The notes under the pieces were generated by a model. That model had not been told where the DNA came from. It saw nothing but the letters and a program-made list of their open reading frames with translations, and did not search any database. This document shows positions 38,238-49,073 of a stretch of DNA of 64,000 nucleotides, one piece after another. This DNA is from Nitrososphaeria archaeon (GTDB taxonomy: Archaea > Thermoproteota > Nitrososphaeria > Nitrososphaerales > JAAOZN01), in assembly GCA_029775855.1 (NCBI GenBank), contig JARVJZ010000001.1, positions 1 to 64,000 on the forward strand. The letters run 5' to 3'. Numbering within the stretch: the first letter of the stretch is position 1; the number at the start of each line of letters is the position of its first letter. Position numbers and translations under genes: made by a program.

Positions 38238-38960
38238 CTAAGTTCCTAAATAGAAAGTTCTTATATGCTCCTCACTTGAGAGCGCATTCGGGCTACCCTC
38301 CATAACTATCGCACCATTCTCTAAAACATACACTCTATCAACGATCTTTAAAGCAGATCTAGCATCTTGCTCGACCAAAAAAGTCGTTACCCCCCTTGAC
38401 CTAATAGTTTTGATAGCTGAAAGTATTCTACCCTTCATAATAGGGGATAAACCTAGCAGAGGCTCATCTAGAAGAAGCAGCTGAGGTCTAGCCATCAACG
38501 ATCTTCCTATGGCTAGCATCTGCTGTTCACCGCCACTCATAGTGCCCGCTTTCTGATTGCACCTCTCTTTAAGCACTGGGAAGAGTTGGAACACATATTC
38601 AAGATCTTCTTTTATACCATCCTTGTCTCTACGGAGATAGGCGCCTAACTCTAAATTCTCCAACACGGTCATATCTGGCGCTAGCCTTCTATGCTCAGGG
38701 CAGTGAGCTAAACCGTATTTTGCTATCTTATTAGGTTTCATGCCAGTGAGGTCTTTGCCGTTAAATATGACTTGCCCTTCTGTGGGTTTGACGAGACCAG
38801 ATATAGTCTTTAAAAGCGTTGTCTTCCCAGCACCATTAGGCCCTATTAGCGCTACTAGTTCACCTTTATCTATGTGAAGCGACACATTATTCAAAGCTAT
38901 CGCTTTACCATAGTAAACGGTTAAACCCTCTACTTTAAGCAACTTCACTCTCCTCTCCAA
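38238..38960 (-). CDS. livF: Branched-chain amino acid ABC ATP-binding protein (LivF-like)
   Basis: GPNGAGKT, ENLELGAY, MSGGEQQMLAIGR. Confidence 0.9.
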   Translation of the reverse strand: MERRVKLLKVEGLTVYYGKAIALNNVSLHIDKGELVALIGPNGAGKTTLLKTISGLVKPTEGQVIFNGKDLTGMKPNKIAKYGLAHCPEHRRLAPDMTVLENLELGAYLRRDKDGIKEDLEYVFQLFPVLKERCNQKAGTMSGGEQQMLAIGRSLMARPQLLLLDEPLLGLSPIMKGRILSAIKTIRSRGVTTFLVEQDARSALKIVDRVYVLENGAIVMEGSPNALSSEEHIRTFYLGT

Positions 38961-39666
38961 AGTATGCCTCTATAACCATCTTGTCACGCCTAACCTCTTC
39001 TGGTGTACCTTCTTTGATCAAACGCCCCTCATGAAGCACAAGCACCCTCCTAGTTAACTCAAGAAGTGAACGGACAACATGTTCAATGATTAAAAGAGTT
39101 AATCCTCTATTGTGAAGAGTCGCAATCAGATGCATAAGCCCTTTAATTTCATCAGCCCTTAGACCGGCAAAAGGTTCATCGAGCATAAGTAATTCAGCGC
39201 CAGTTGCAACAGCGCGTGCAACTTCAAGTCTCTTCAAATAACCTTGAGGTAGATTCTTAGAGAGCTGCTTTCGATATGTAAGTAAGCCAGTCATTTGGAG
39301 AATTTCTTCTAATCTTTGCTTATACTCTGAACCTCCCTCGATAAACCCTCCACCGTAGAAGGCTACTTGAATGTTCTCTTCTACCGTAAGGTTTCGAAAC
39401 GGTCTGACTATCTGCCAGCTCCTAACCAACCCCTTCCTAACCAGCTCATAGGGTTCCATCTTCGTTATATCCTCTCCTTTAAAGAATATGCTGCCTGTAT
39501 CTGGGTGATAGACGCCTGATATGAGGTTGAATAATGTGGACTTGCCTGCACCGTTCGGACCTATTATACCTATAAGTTCACCCTTCTCCACCTTAAATGA
39601 AACATCCTTTATGGCTCTTAAGCCTCCGAAGCTTTTGCTAATGTTTCTAACCTCCAGCAGAGGCAT
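38935..39666 (-). CDS. livG: Branched-chain amino acid ABC ATP-binding protein (LivG-like)
   Basis: KSFGGL, GPNGAGKST, LDEPFAGL, IEH, VIEAYFG. Confidence 0.9.
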   Translation of the reverse strand: MPLLEVRNISKSFGGLRAIKDVSFKVEKGELIGIIGPNGAGKSTLFNLISGVYHPDTGSIFFKGEDITKMEPYELVRKGLVRSWQIVRPFRNLTVEENIQVAFYGGGFIEGGSEYKQRLEEILQMTGLLTYRKQLSKNLPQGYLKRLEVARAVATGAELLMLDEPFAGLRADEIKGLMHLIATLHNRGLTLLIIEHVVRSLLELTRRVLVLHEGRLIKEGTPEEVRRDKMVIEAYFGEESEVA

Positions 39667-39668
39667 CT

Positions 39669-40634
39669 CTAGCCCCTCATTAACCTCATCAAATAGTTAA
39701 CACCCCTCATCACATACCTTATGACACCACCGGGTAAGAATAGAAGTATGAGCGTTGCGGTTAGAGCGTAAGCAAGTAGCCTAATGTTTTCAGCCACCCT
39801 AAAAAAGGAGTTAAGGAAGACAATAAGGTACGCACCTAACGCAGGCCCAATTATAGTGTTAACGCCTCCAACCATACCCATAGTTACCACAAGAGCTGTT
39901 GTAGGCACTATCGCCATAACATTAGGGTTAACTATAGTTAAATATGTGGCGTATACCGCTCCTCCCAGTCCAGCAAACGCTGCACCAAGTACCAAACAGA
40001 GAAGCCTATACCTATGCACCGCTATACCCAGCGATTTGGCTGCTATCTCATCGTCTCTAATCGCTCTGAATATTAGAGCAAATCTACTTTGTTCAGCGAT
40101 GTAGTAAAGGAAGATAAGTGAGGCTAGCATAACTGCTAAGGCGATATAGTAGTTCCCCAAGTAATCTGCTGTCAGCGGTATTATACCACGTATCCCCTCC
40201 TCACCACCTGTGATATCTGAATACGCTTTGACAGTTAAAGTCGCTATTTCCGCTAACCCAGCCATGCCAAGAGCGTAGTAGGCTCCTCGAAGCTTAAAGA
40301 ATGGTATGCTTAAACCTAAACCAATTAACGCAGTTATTGCAACAGCTAAAGCAATAGCAAGAATAGGATGTATACGCAACGAGCTGTTAAATACTGCGGT
40401 CAAATATGCTGAGAGACCGAAGAAGAACGAATGCCCTAGGCTGAGCTGGTTAGTATACATTAGTATGTCCCAACTCATAGCAAACACTGCATAAATGCTG
40501 CCTAAAGTAAGTACGTGGATAAGGTATGGGTCTCTTAAGACGGCTGGAACCGCAATCATGATAATAATGAGAATTAACCCCGCAGCCTTAAAGCTGCTTA
40601 AAGTTGTGAGGCTCTTTAACCTCAGCTCAGCCAA
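39669..40634 (-). CDS. livM: Branched-chain amino acid ABC permease (LivM-like)
   Basis: SLGHSFFFGL, LRGAYYAL, TGGEEG, AIRDDEIAAKSLGI. Confidence 0.9.
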   Translation of the reverse strand: MAELRLKSLTTLSSFKAAGLILIIIMIAVPAVLRDPYLIHVLTLGSIYAVFAMSWDILMYTNQLSLGHSFFFGLSAYLTAVFNSSLRIHPILAIALAVAITALIGLGLSIPFFKLRGAYYALGMAGLAEIATLTVKAYSDITGGEEGIRGIIPLTADYLGNYYIALAVMLASLIFLYYIAEQSRFALIFRAIRDDEIAAKSLGIAVHRYRLLCLVLGAAFAGLGGAVYATYLTIVNPNVMAIVPTTALVVTMGMVGGVNTIIGPALGAYLIVFLNSFFRVAENIRLLAYALTATLILLFLPGGVIRYVMRGVNYLMRLMRG

Positions 40635-40637
40635 TTT

Positions 40638-41489
40638 TCACCGCCCCAGCAGCCCCTGTGGCTTCACGATTATTATGATAAGTGTGACTAAGAAGGCTGC
40701 AATCAGACCCCAAGTTGGTGCTATATAATAGGAGACGAACGCATCTGTAAGACCAAATATAACCCCCATAACCAAGGCTCCAGCAACACTACCCAATCCA
40801 CCGCTTATCGTTATAAAGAAGGAAAGTATGAATGGAAGCCAACCCATAGCTGGATATAGTGTGAAGAGCGGTGCAGCTAAGACCGCTGAAGCCCCCGTTA
40901 GAGCGGTGCCTAAACCGAAGGTCAAAACATAGATTAGTGAGACATCTATTCCCAGAAGCTGCGCAGCTTCACTGTCTTGCGTAGTCATGCGAATCGCCTT
41001 CCCCAATCTACTTCTCTTGACGAATAGGCTTAGTAAAGCAACCAAAATAACAGAAAGAATGGATGCAGTGATCCTCTGGTTACTCATTACGATTCCTGCA
41101 CCTTCAAAGACTCCAGTAACCAATGGCTGGAGGTTCTTATAGTCTGGTCCAAAGGTTATGCGTATAATCTGTTCAAAGAGTATAGCCAGTAAAAACGTAA
41201 GAATGAGAACGTTCGCGTGTAGATTTAGAATTGGATGTATTGTCAACCTATACACAACTATACCTATCGCACCTACGAGTATAATTGCAAGTATCATAGC
41301 CAGAGGGACACTTAAACCAAGTATCTGGAAAAAGTAGCCAAGATATGCTCCCAGAAGATAGAAGCCGCCGTGTGCGCTGTTCGCTATCCCAACTACGCTG
41401 AAGATTAAACTTAGCCCAATGGCCATAAGCCCATATATCGCGCCTATAGTAAGACCATTCAAAATTACTTGAATAGGTACCTCAACCAA
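40638..41489 (-). CDS. livH: Branched-chain amino acid ABC permease (LivH-like)
   Basis: NGLTIGAIYGLMAIGLSLIF, GKAIR...QD..AA.LLGI, KPQGLLG. Confidence 0.9.
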   Translation of the reverse strand: MVEVPIQVILNGLTIGAIYGLMAIGLSLIFSVVGIANSAHGGFYLLGAYLGYFFQILGLSVPLAMILAIILVGAIGIVVYRLTIHPILNLHANVLILTFLLAILFEQIIRITFGPDYKNLQPLVTGVFEGAGIVMSNQRITASILSVILVALLSLFVKRSRLGKAIRMTTQDSEAAQLLGIDVSLIYVLTFGLGTALTGASAVLAAPLFTLYPAMGWLPFILSFFITISGGLGSVAGALVMGVIFGLTDAFVSYYIAPTWGLIAAFLVTLIIIIVKPQGLLGR

Positions 41490-41527
41490 AACCGACCACC
41501 AAAAAATTTAGTGGAGGGCTGAAAAGC

Positions 41528-42769
41528 CTACTTATAAGGCCATTCATAAGCCCTCTGTTTAACTTCACTAGGCCAGACGATATAACCGTCACCGTTAACC
41601 CACTGAGCTATAGCGCCTTGAAGGTATCCAGGCTTCCAGATTGTATCGTGTGATTTATCAAAGGCGTATCTGCCGCATGCACCAACGTAATCAGTCTTCT
41701 CAAGCGCTTCAACTATCTTATCAGGTTCTACAGAGTTGGCTCTCTTTATTGCATCTACAGCTATGTAAACTGTGTCGTATGTTCGGATGTCTTCGTAGTT
41801 TGTTGAAGAATATCCGAAGCGTTTCTCGAAGTTTTCGTAGAACTTTAGTGTCTTTGGTGTTATCGGCACCTTCCATGCTGCTACTCCAAATGCTACATAG
41901 TTGCTTGCATCACCAAGCTGCCTAGCTGTGTCTTGTGAGCCGAGCGCCCCACCCATAAAGTATATTGGAGCATTTATCTTCGACTCATAATACTGTTTAG
42001 CGAAGATGGGGCCATCGCCACCGACTTGAGTAGACAACACCGCATCTGGATTTGTCTCCTTAACTCTCTGCAGATAAGTTGTGAAGTCGGTTGCGGTTCT
42101 AGGCGGATAGTCCACACCAACAATCGTCACACCCCTACTTTCAAGTAGAGGCTTAACTATCGCATATAGGTCTCTCGGGAACTTAGCGTCCGCACTCATG
42201 AAGAAGACTCTTTTAGCACCCACAACTTCAGTCACAAACGAGACAGCAAGCAAAGCTACTTGAGTATTGTTCCACCGCGTTCCAAACACATACTTATAAT
42301 TCTGATAGTCTGAGAGAACTGGTGTAGTTATCTCCGTTGCTGTAGAAACTGAAACTAAGAAGGGTACCTTATATTGAGGAATCTTAGGCAATATTGCTAA
42401 CGTAACACCGCTAGAAAATGTTCCAAAGAGGACGTGAACCTTATCATCAAGTATAAGCTTTAACGCTGCATCAAGCCCTGTTTCAGGGTCTCCAGCAGTG
42501 TCCCTTGTTATAAGCACGACCTTCCTACCTAAAACTCCACCAGCATCGTTTATTTCATCCACAGCCATCTGCGCAGCATCCTGCATCGCTTTCCCCGTTT
42601 TTGCAAAAGCGCCTGTCAGCGGTGTTAGGAGACCAAGTTTGACGTTTTCAGGCGCTGGTGTTAAAGTTGGTGTCAATACTAGGTATGCAGCGATGGCTGC
42701 GACAACGACGACTACGACGATTATCACTGCTGCAACAACTTTTGAGATAGCTAAGGTTTGATTAGGCAT
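41528..42769 (-). CDS. Branched-chain amino acid ABC substrate-binding protein (LivK-like)
   Basis: N-terminal TM, KLGLLTPLTG, AVDEINDAGGVLGR, YDTVY; ATG 42769 preferred. Confidence 0.9.
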   Translation of the reverse strand: MPNQTLAISKVVAAVIIVVVVVVAAIAAYLVLTPTLTPAPENVKLGLLTPLTGAFAKTGKAMQDAAQMAVDEINDAGGVLGRKVVLITRDTAGDPETGLDAALKLILDDKVHVLFGTFSSGVTLAILPKIPQYKVPFLVSVSTATEITTPVLSDYQNYKYVFGTRWNNTQVALLAVSFVTEVVGAKRVFFMSADAKFPRDLYAIVKPLLESRGVTIVGVDYPPRTATDFTTYLQRVKETNPDAVLSTQVGGDGPIFAKQYYESKINAPIYFMGGALGSQDTARQLGDASNYVAFGVAAWKVPITPKTLKFYENFEKRFGYSSTNYEDIRTYDTVYIAVDAIKRANSVEPDKIVEALEKTDYVGACGRYAFDKSHDTIWKPGYLQGAIAQWVNGDGYIVWPSEVKQRAYEWPYK

Positions 42770-42861
42770 ATCGATTTTAAATGGCAAAAGTTGCTTAAAT
42801 ATTTTACCCACCACAAGTATATTAGCATGTTTTTAATTTGAATTTTTATTTAATTCTCACT

Positions 42862-43743
42862 TTAGGATCTGAAGATTGGTATGATTTTCTCGCTTATGTA
42901 TTTTAAAGTCTTAATATATTCATCAAAACTATCCGATATAATATGCAGAACGATGTGAGAAACTCCATTTTCGTCAAATCGGATTAAGGATTCTGAAATC
43001 TCTTTATCACTACCTTGTATAGTATACATTGCTCTACCGGATGCTCCCCGGTAGTCAAGTCGTTCTCCTAACTTAAAGGGGCTTCTTAACGTGATAGGGA
43101 AGTCTGCCCTTTCTCTTTTTACTGTTTCTAGCTTCTGAGACACTTCCTCAGGCGAGAGCCCGACTGGGTGCCAGCCGTCTCCTACCGTTAAAGCGATTTC
43201 AAGAGCTTTTTGCGTGTTGCCAGCTATATAGATTGGTATGGCTGTCTTCTGTACAGGTTTAGGGTCTGCTAAAGCGTTTACGATGCTATAATTGGTGTCA
43301 AAGTAATTTACTGGGTCTTCTGCCCAAAGTGCACGCATCAGCTTTACTCCATTCTTAACCGTAGTGTACCTATGTTTATAGTCAGCTTTGAGGTAGCTGA
43401 ACTCCTTCTCAAGCCATCCGAAACCTACACTTAGGATGAGGCGCCCTCCACTAAGCTGGTCAATGGTAGCTGCTTGCTTAGCAACCACCACTGGATTACG
43501 AAGAGGCAGAATAAGCGCGGATATGCCCACCTTGATCTTCTTGGTGATTGAAGCAAGGTAGGATAATGTAGATATGACCTCGTAAGTCGTGCCATAAGGA
43601 ATTCTGTTCTCTATCGGCACAACCAGATGATCCGTGACCCAGATAGAGTCAAACCCAAGGTCTTCTGCAGCTTCAGCAGCGGCCTTGATCGCTGAGGGTG
43701 AGGCGAAACTGCCAAAGTTTGGCACACAGACGCCGATCTTCAA
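42862..43743 (-). CDS. LLM-class (probably F420-dependent) oxidoreductase
   Basis: AEDLGFDSIWVTDH, LRNPVVVAKQAATIDQLSGGRL, PKPVQ, GDGWHP. Confidence 0.88.
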   Translation of the reverse strand: MKIGVCVPNFGSFASPSAIKAAAEAAEDLGFDSIWVTDHLVVPIENRIPYGTTYEVISTLSYLASITKKIKVGISALILPLRNPVVVAKQAATIDQLSGGRLILSVGFGWLEKEFSYLKADYKHRYTTVKNGVKLMRALWAEDPVNYFDTNYSIVNALADPKPVQKTAIPIYIAGNTQKALEIALTVGDGWHPVGLSPEEVSQKLETVKRERADFPITLRSPFKLGERLDYRGASGRAMYTIQGSDKEISESLIRFDENGVSHIVLHIISDSFDEYIKTLKYISEKIIPIFRS

Positions 43744-43824
43744 ACCAAATATGCTAACCTAGGATATGTTAAAAGTCTTTTTTGTTGGAATAGCTTAAAT
43801 CTTGGCCTTTTGGTTTGAAGTGGT

Positions 43825-44880
43825 ATGGGTAGATTAGTTTTAGGTGCTGTCGGTGATGTTATGCTATCTAAGCCTCTTTCTAGAGGTTTTAGCGACGCTT
43901 TGACCATCTTAAATAGGGTGGATGTGGCTACTGCGAACCTTGAGGCGCCGTTTACATCAGGTGGTGATGCAGCAGATAAATGGGTTGCATTAAGGCAAGA
44001 CCCTATCTTATCTAAAGAATATGTGAAGATTGGATTTAGGGTGCTGAATATAGCGAATAACCATATGCTTGACTACGGCGTAGAAGGTCTTCTCTCAACG
44101 ATATATGTGCTGCGTAAAAACGGCATACTTTATGTAGGTGGTGGAGTTAATCTCGAAGAAGCCTTATCCCATAAGATCTTTAAAAAGAATGGTATAAGTA
44201 TAGCGTTCTTAGGATGCGCTTCAACTCTACCGGGAAACTCAATAGCGGGGCGGAGCACACCGGGCTTAGCGCCCTTAAGAGTTAGAACGACCTATTATAT
44301 TGAGCCGGAGATGGAAAAGGAGCAGCCGGGGACACCCCCAGTTATATTTACTGAAGTTGTGCAAGAGGATTTGGATAGGATTATAGCCGCCGTAAAGAAG
44401 GCTAAGTCTGAAGCAGACTTTGTTGTTTTATCTATCCACTGGGGTATGGCTTATCAGGAGAACATCTTAGATTACCAGCTTCAAGCCGCTAGAGCTTTCA
44501 TAGATGCTGGTGCTAAACTAATTTTGGGTCATCATCCGCATCGTGTGCAAGCTGTGGAAAGATATGGTAAGGGCTTTATATTTTATAGCCTAGGCGACTT
44601 CTTCTTCGATATTTCAGATTTTGCACCCATTAATACGAAGTGGAGACATTGGCCTCCTAAAGTTGGTATGTGGTCTAAGTCAGACGACTCTTTGCTCGTT
44701 AAAACTGTATTCGATCCTAACGGCGACACTTCTATAGATGTTATTCCTTGCTCGAAAGGAGCAAATGGGCAGCCTGTGATTTTACAAGGCGCAAAAGGTA
44801 GAAAGCTCTTACAGCGTCTTAAAGGTTTATCTGAGGGCACTGATCTAAAAATAAAAGATGATGTTGCACATTTAGAGTGA
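43825..44880 (+). CDS. CapA/PgsA-family metallophosphoesterase-fold hydrolase, no signal peptide
   Basis: GDVM, ANLE, ANNHMLDYG, SIHWG, GHHPH, YSLGDF. Confidence 0.88.
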   Translation: MGRLVLGAVGDVMLSKPLSRGFSDALTILNRVDVATANLEAPFTSGGDAADKWVALRQDPILSKEYVKIGFRVLNIANNHMLDYGVEGLLSTIYVLRKNGILYVGGGVNLEEALSHKIFKKNGISIAFLGCASTLPGNSIAGRSTPGLAPLRVRTTYYIEPEMEKEQPGTPPVIFTEVVQEDLDRIIAAVKKAKSEADFVVLSIHWGMAYQENILDYQLQAARAFIDAGAKLILGHHPHRVQAVERYGKGFIFYSLGDFFFDISDFAPINTKWRHWPPKVGMWSKSDDSLLVKTVFDPNGDTSIDVIPCSKGANGQPVILQGAKGRKLLQRLKGLSEGTDLKIKDDVAHLE

Positions 44881-44883
44881 GAG

Positions 44884-46638
44884 GTGCTACGCTTGAAGTT
44901 AAACACTTACCCAGATATTTTGAGCGAAGTTTCAAAGGATCTGTTGCTTACACATTTAAAACAGATAGCAAACTGGATTAGACTTTCTGGAAGTGAAGAG
45001 GAAGCTGAGGCTCTTACTTACATAAAACGAAGGCTGAATGAATACGGATATAAAGTTGATGAATATAGTTTTGAGGCATTAATAGGTTATCCTAAATACG
45101 CTAAACTTGAATTATTATTACCTGACCCTATACTTTTTTATGGTATAACAGCAGCACTCGCGCCATCAACACCAAAAGAAGGCGTAGAAGCTGAATTAAT
45201 CTATGTGAAGCGTGGTGATAATTATGATGGCTTGGATGTCGGCGGTAAGATCGTTGTTATAGACGGGTTATTCAACCCAAAGTTGGCAAAGCTTGCTGAG
45301 GAGAACAGAGCGGTTGGAGAAGTCTTCATAAATGATGATTATCTTCACGAAGGAATAGTATCAATAGTCTGGGGCGCACCTACCTCCGAAACTATAGGGC
45401 TTCTACCTAAGACACCCTGCATAGCCCTAACATCCCAGCAAGGAGCAAAGATTCTACATCATCTCCAGAAAGGCAGTGTTAAAGCAAAGCTGACTACAGA
45501 TTCATGGATAGGTTGGAAAAAGATACCCGTGCTGACAGGTGAAATTAATGGCGCCTCAGACGACTTCATATTATTTAGTGGGCATATAGATTCGTGGCAT
45601 TATGGTGCCATGGATAATGCTTCTGCAAACTCAGCTATGCTTGAAATAGCTAGGCTCTTAGGGAAGCATAGAGAGCTATTAAGAAGAGGCTTAAGGTTGG
45701 CTTTCTGGTCCGGGCATTCACACGGTAGATATGCGGGCTCAGCTTGGTATGCTGATAACTTTTGGGCTGATCTGTATGAGCGGTGTGTAGCGCATGTGAA
45801 TATAGACTCTGTGGGAGGTAAGGGTGCAACACTATTTAGTGAAGCATACGTTATGAGTGAGGCAAAAGAATTTGCTTCAAGTGTTGTTGAATATGTGGTT
45901 GGAGAAAAGCTCAGTGGAAGAAGGTTCTCAAGGGCTGGGGATCAGTCATTCTGGGGTATAGGAGTCACATCAATATTCATGAGCCTATCTGAACAGCCTC
46001 CAGAAGCACTTGAGGGTAAGAAGGCACCTTCATTCCTACTTGCGCCACATAGCGGAGGATTAGGTTGGTGGTGGCACACAACCGAAGATACTGTGGACAA
46101 GATCGACCCAGACTTTTTGGTTAGAGATACTAAGGTGTATCTACTTCTTATACTAAATCTATGCACAACTTCAATCATACCCTTCGACTACTCAGCAACA
46201 CTCGAAGAAATAGAAGATAGACTGAGAGAGGCGAAAAACCTTTCTGCAGGCCGCTTTGATCTCAACTCACTCATAGAGAGAACGACCAAAGTTAAACATA
46301 TCTTAAAAGAATTTTACAAACATGTAAACAGCTTAAATATTGTGGATGAAAGTCTGCTTAGTAAAGCAAATCAATGCATTAAGAGGCTTGGTAGGTTTCT
46401 TGTACCTATAAACTATAGTAAAGTGGGACCATTCGACCACGATCTTGCCATACCCTTATCCCCTCTACCTGTCTTAGATGGTGTGGAACGCCTAGCTAAG
46501 TTGCCGCAAGATACGATTGAAGCCCGACTGTTGGCTACTAAGCTTAGAAGAGAAAGCAACAAGATAGTGTATGCGTTAATAGAGGTGGAGAGAGAAGTCA
46601 GCGTAACATTAGAAAGGATGGGTATCAAATATGTCTGA
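44884..46638 (+). CDS. PA-domain M28-family peptidase/amidohydrolase (variant active site)
   Basis: SGHIDSWH, DNASA, WSGHSHGRYAGS, NIDS, WHTTED. Confidence 0.82.
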   Translation: MLRLKLNTYPDILSEVSKDLLLTHLKQIANWIRLSGSEEEAEALTYIKRRLNEYGYKVDEYSFEALIGYPKYAKLELLLPDPILFYGITAALAPSTPKEGVEAELIYVKRGDNYDGLDVGGKIVVIDGLFNPKLAKLAEENRAVGEVFINDDYLHEGIVSIVWGAPTSETIGLLPKTPCIALTSQQGAKILHHLQKGSVKAKLTTDSWIGWKKIPVLTGEINGASDDFILFSGHIDSWHYGAMDNASANSAMLEIARLLGKHRELLRRGLRLAFWSGHSHGRYAGSAWYADNFWADLYERCVAHVNIDSVGGKGATLFSEAYVMSEAKEFASSVVEYVVGEKLSGRRFSRAGDQSFWGIGVTSIFMSLSEQPPEALEGKKAPSFLLAPHSGGLGWWWHTTEDTVDKIDPDFLVRDTKVYLLLILNLCTTSIIPFDYSATLEEIEDRLREAKNLSAGRFDLNSLIERTTKVKHILKEFYKHVNSLNIVDESLLSKANQCIKRLGRFLVPINYSKVGPFDHDLAIPLSPLPVLDGVERLAKLPQDTIEARLLATKLRRESNKIVYALIEVEREVSVTLERMGIKYV

Positions 46639-47998
46639 AAATCCCAGCTATCGCGTTTTGTACAATTATATTGACACACACGTTGACGAGTTTATAGAGG
46701 AGTTGAAAGAATTTCTCTCGAAGCCCTCTATCAGCACACAAGGTATAGGGTTACGAGAGACAGCCGCTTATCTAAAGAATCTAATGACCCGGATAGGTAT
46801 CAAAACAACCATAGTTGAAACACCTGGGGCGCCTGTAGTGTTTGGTGAGTTAACGGTAGATCCTAGCAGACCTACTATACTCGTCTATGGGCACTATGAT
46901 GTGCAGCCACCTGAGCCTCTTGAGGCTTGGCTCTCTCCACCCTTCAAACCTACGGTAAGGGATAACAGAATCTATGCAAGAGGTGCTGGAGACAATAAAG
47001 GTCAACTTTATGCGCAACTGATGGGACTGAAGTCAATCTTAGCCATCAGGTTTCCACTAGGTGTAAACGTGAAGTTCATATTTGAAGGAGAGGAGGAGAA
47101 CGGCAGCCCACACCTAGAAGAATTCATCACAACAAACAAAGAGTGGCTTAAAGCAGACTTCGTATACACCTCAGACGGCCCTCTCCACGAAAGTGGTAGA
47201 CCAGTGGTGCAGCTCGGCGTAAGAGGAATCCTCTATCTGGAGTTTACAGCAAAAGGTGCCTCCAGAGACTTGCACTCTGGCAACTGGGGTGGACCGATAG
47301 TGAATCCTGCACTAAGGCTTATCGATTTAATTACAACAATGCGTGAACCATTTAGTGGTAAGGTGCTTATAGAAGGCTTCTACGACAACATTCGCAAGCC
47401 AACAGAGGAAGAAAAGAAGATCTTACAGTCTCTTCCCCTTGACAGAGAGCGAGTAGCAAAAGATCTCGGCTTAGACCCTTCACAGATACCATCTCCTCTT
47501 GAATTCTACACCAAGCTGATGTTTCTACCCACCTTTAACATCTGTGGCTTTATAAGCGGCTATACTGAGAAAGGAATGAAGACAATAATTCCATCCACGG
47601 CAACGTTAAAAATGGATATGAGATTAGTTGTAGACCAAGATCCGGACGACATATTTAAGAAGGTTCAGCAGCATGTTATGAAATATGCTCCTGACGTGCT
47701 AGTAAAGAAGCTTGGGCAGATGAAGCCTTCACGGACGCCTGTGGAGAACAAGTATGTTAAGACTGTTTATAATGCTGTTGAGCAAGCAACTGGTCTTAAA
47801 CCCTTCATCTACCCTTCACTTGGAGGCAGCTTACCAGATTATGTATTCACAGGTATACTCGGTATACCATCAATAATGGTGCCCTACGCAAACATAGATG
47901 AGAGCAACCATGCGCCAAATGAAAATCTTGCTATACCACTTTTCATCAGAGGTGTTAAGTGCTTCTCTACACTACTAGCTATGCTTTCTCAAGGGTAG
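46631..47998 (+). CDS. M20-family dipeptidase/deacylase
   Basis: YGHYDVQP, ARGAGDNKGQ, EGEEENGS, DLHSG, NHAPNE. Confidence 0.92.
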   Translation: MSENPSYRVLYNYIDTHVDEFIEELKEFLSKPSISTQGIGLRETAAYLKNLMTRIGIKTTIVETPGAPVVFGELTVDPSRPTILVYGHYDVQPPEPLEAWLSPPFKPTVRDNRIYARGAGDNKGQLYAQLMGLKSILAIRFPLGVNVKFIFEGEEENGSPHLEEFITTNKEWLKADFVYTSDGPLHESGRPVVQLGVRGILYLEFTAKGASRDLHSGNWGGPIVNPALRLIDLITTMREPFSGKVLIEGFYDNIRKPTEEEKKILQSLPLDRERVAKDLGLDPSQIPSPLEFYTKLMFLPTFNICGFISGYTEKGMKTIIPSTATLKMDMRLVVDQDPDDIFKKVQQHVMKYAPDVLVKKLGQMKPSRTPVENKYVKTVYNAVEQATGLKPFIYPSLGGSLPDYVFTGILGIPSIMVPYANIDESNHAPNENLAIPLFIRGVKCFSTLLAMLSQG

Positions 47999-48012
47999 GC
48001 GAATTAATCTCT

Positions 48013-49038
48013 ATGAGTGTGCTGATAGTTGGATTCGGTTTCGTTGGCTCTAATGCTGCGTGCTTATTTTCTGAGAAAGGGTATCAAGTGCATGCTGTTG
48101 ATGTGAATCCACGCATACTAGACTATGTCAAAGAGGCTAATGTGGTCGTCGATAGGATTGATGCAACAAACCTAGACTCTTTGACCGAGGTGGTCTCCAA
48201 AGTGAAACCTAAGATTATCGTGCACACCGCTATAAGCCCTCTTGCAGACCTATTTAGTCAAACCATAAAGGTAAACCTTCTAAGCTTATCTAACACAATC
48301 GAATTAGCCAGAAAATATGATGCAAGATTAATATACCTAAGCTCAGGCGCGGTTTACGGTCAAGTAGAGGAAAAAGAAGAAGCTATATCTGAAGACGAAC
48401 CCTTTGGACCAGTAGCCCCCCTCCGTGAATATGATCTACCGTGGGCTCCAATATACTGCACAACTAAGAGAATGGGTGAAAGTCTCGTGGAGTTAGCCCA
48501 CAAAATCTATGGTCTTGAAGCTACAATACTTCGATTAGGGTTAGTCTACGGACAAGGAGATACACTACTTAACGCAGGTTTGACATTGTTGTTGCGAAGA
48601 GCACTTGCTAAACGACCGCTTTTACTAAGCCAAGGTGGAGATACTTTCTGCCCACTTGTGTATGTAAAGGATGTTGCTGACGCTATATTAAAGGTCTCTT
48701 TAAGCCAGATCAAGTACGATGTGTTTAACATAGCATGCAAAAAAGGCTACTTTATGAGTGAAGTAGTTGAAGCTATAAAACAAATCCTACCAGACGCGGA
48801 TATCAGAGTAGGCCCAGGGATATGGCCATCTAGAAATACATCTATACCACGTGGTGTGATAAGTTGGCCTACGAGAAGGATGCTTGATATCTCTAAGGCT
48901 GTGGAACTGCTGGGCTACTCTCCTAGATATTCTTTGTATGAGGGTATGCTTGAATACGCTGCTTGGATGCGAAGAAACTGGAATCTTTACTCACCAAGCG
49001 TGTTTCCATTTCCCGATGATCAAAAAGGAAATATTTGA
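48013..49038 (+). CDS. NAD-dependent epimerase/dehydratase (extended SDR)
   Basis: G.GFVGS, SSGAVYG, YCTTK catalytic motif, VYVKDVA; ATG 48013 preferred. Confidence 0.88.
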   Translation: MSVLIVGFGFVGSNAACLFSEKGYQVHAVDVNPRILDYVKEANVVVDRIDATNLDSLTEVVSKVKPKIIVHTAISPLADLFSQTIKVNLLSLSNTIELARKYDARLIYLSSGAVYGQVEEKEEAISEDEPFGPVAPLREYDLPWAPIYCTTKRMGESLVELAHKIYGLEATILRLGLVYGQGDTLLNAGLTLLLRRALAKRPLLLSQGGDTFCPLVYVKDVADAILKVSLSQIKYDVFNIACKKGYFMSEVVEAIKQILPDADIRVGPGIWPSRNTSIPRGVISWPTRRMLDISKAVELLGYSPRYSLYEGMLEYAAWMRRNWNLYSPSVFPFPDDQKGNI

Positions 49039-49073
49039 TATAATCTTGAGTGGGAGCGACGGTGTGCTGACCC

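Noticed and set aside
43825-44880. Poly-gamma-glutamate capsule synthesis
   Set aside because: capB and capC are absent, CapA lacks a membrane anchor, and the context is catabolic.
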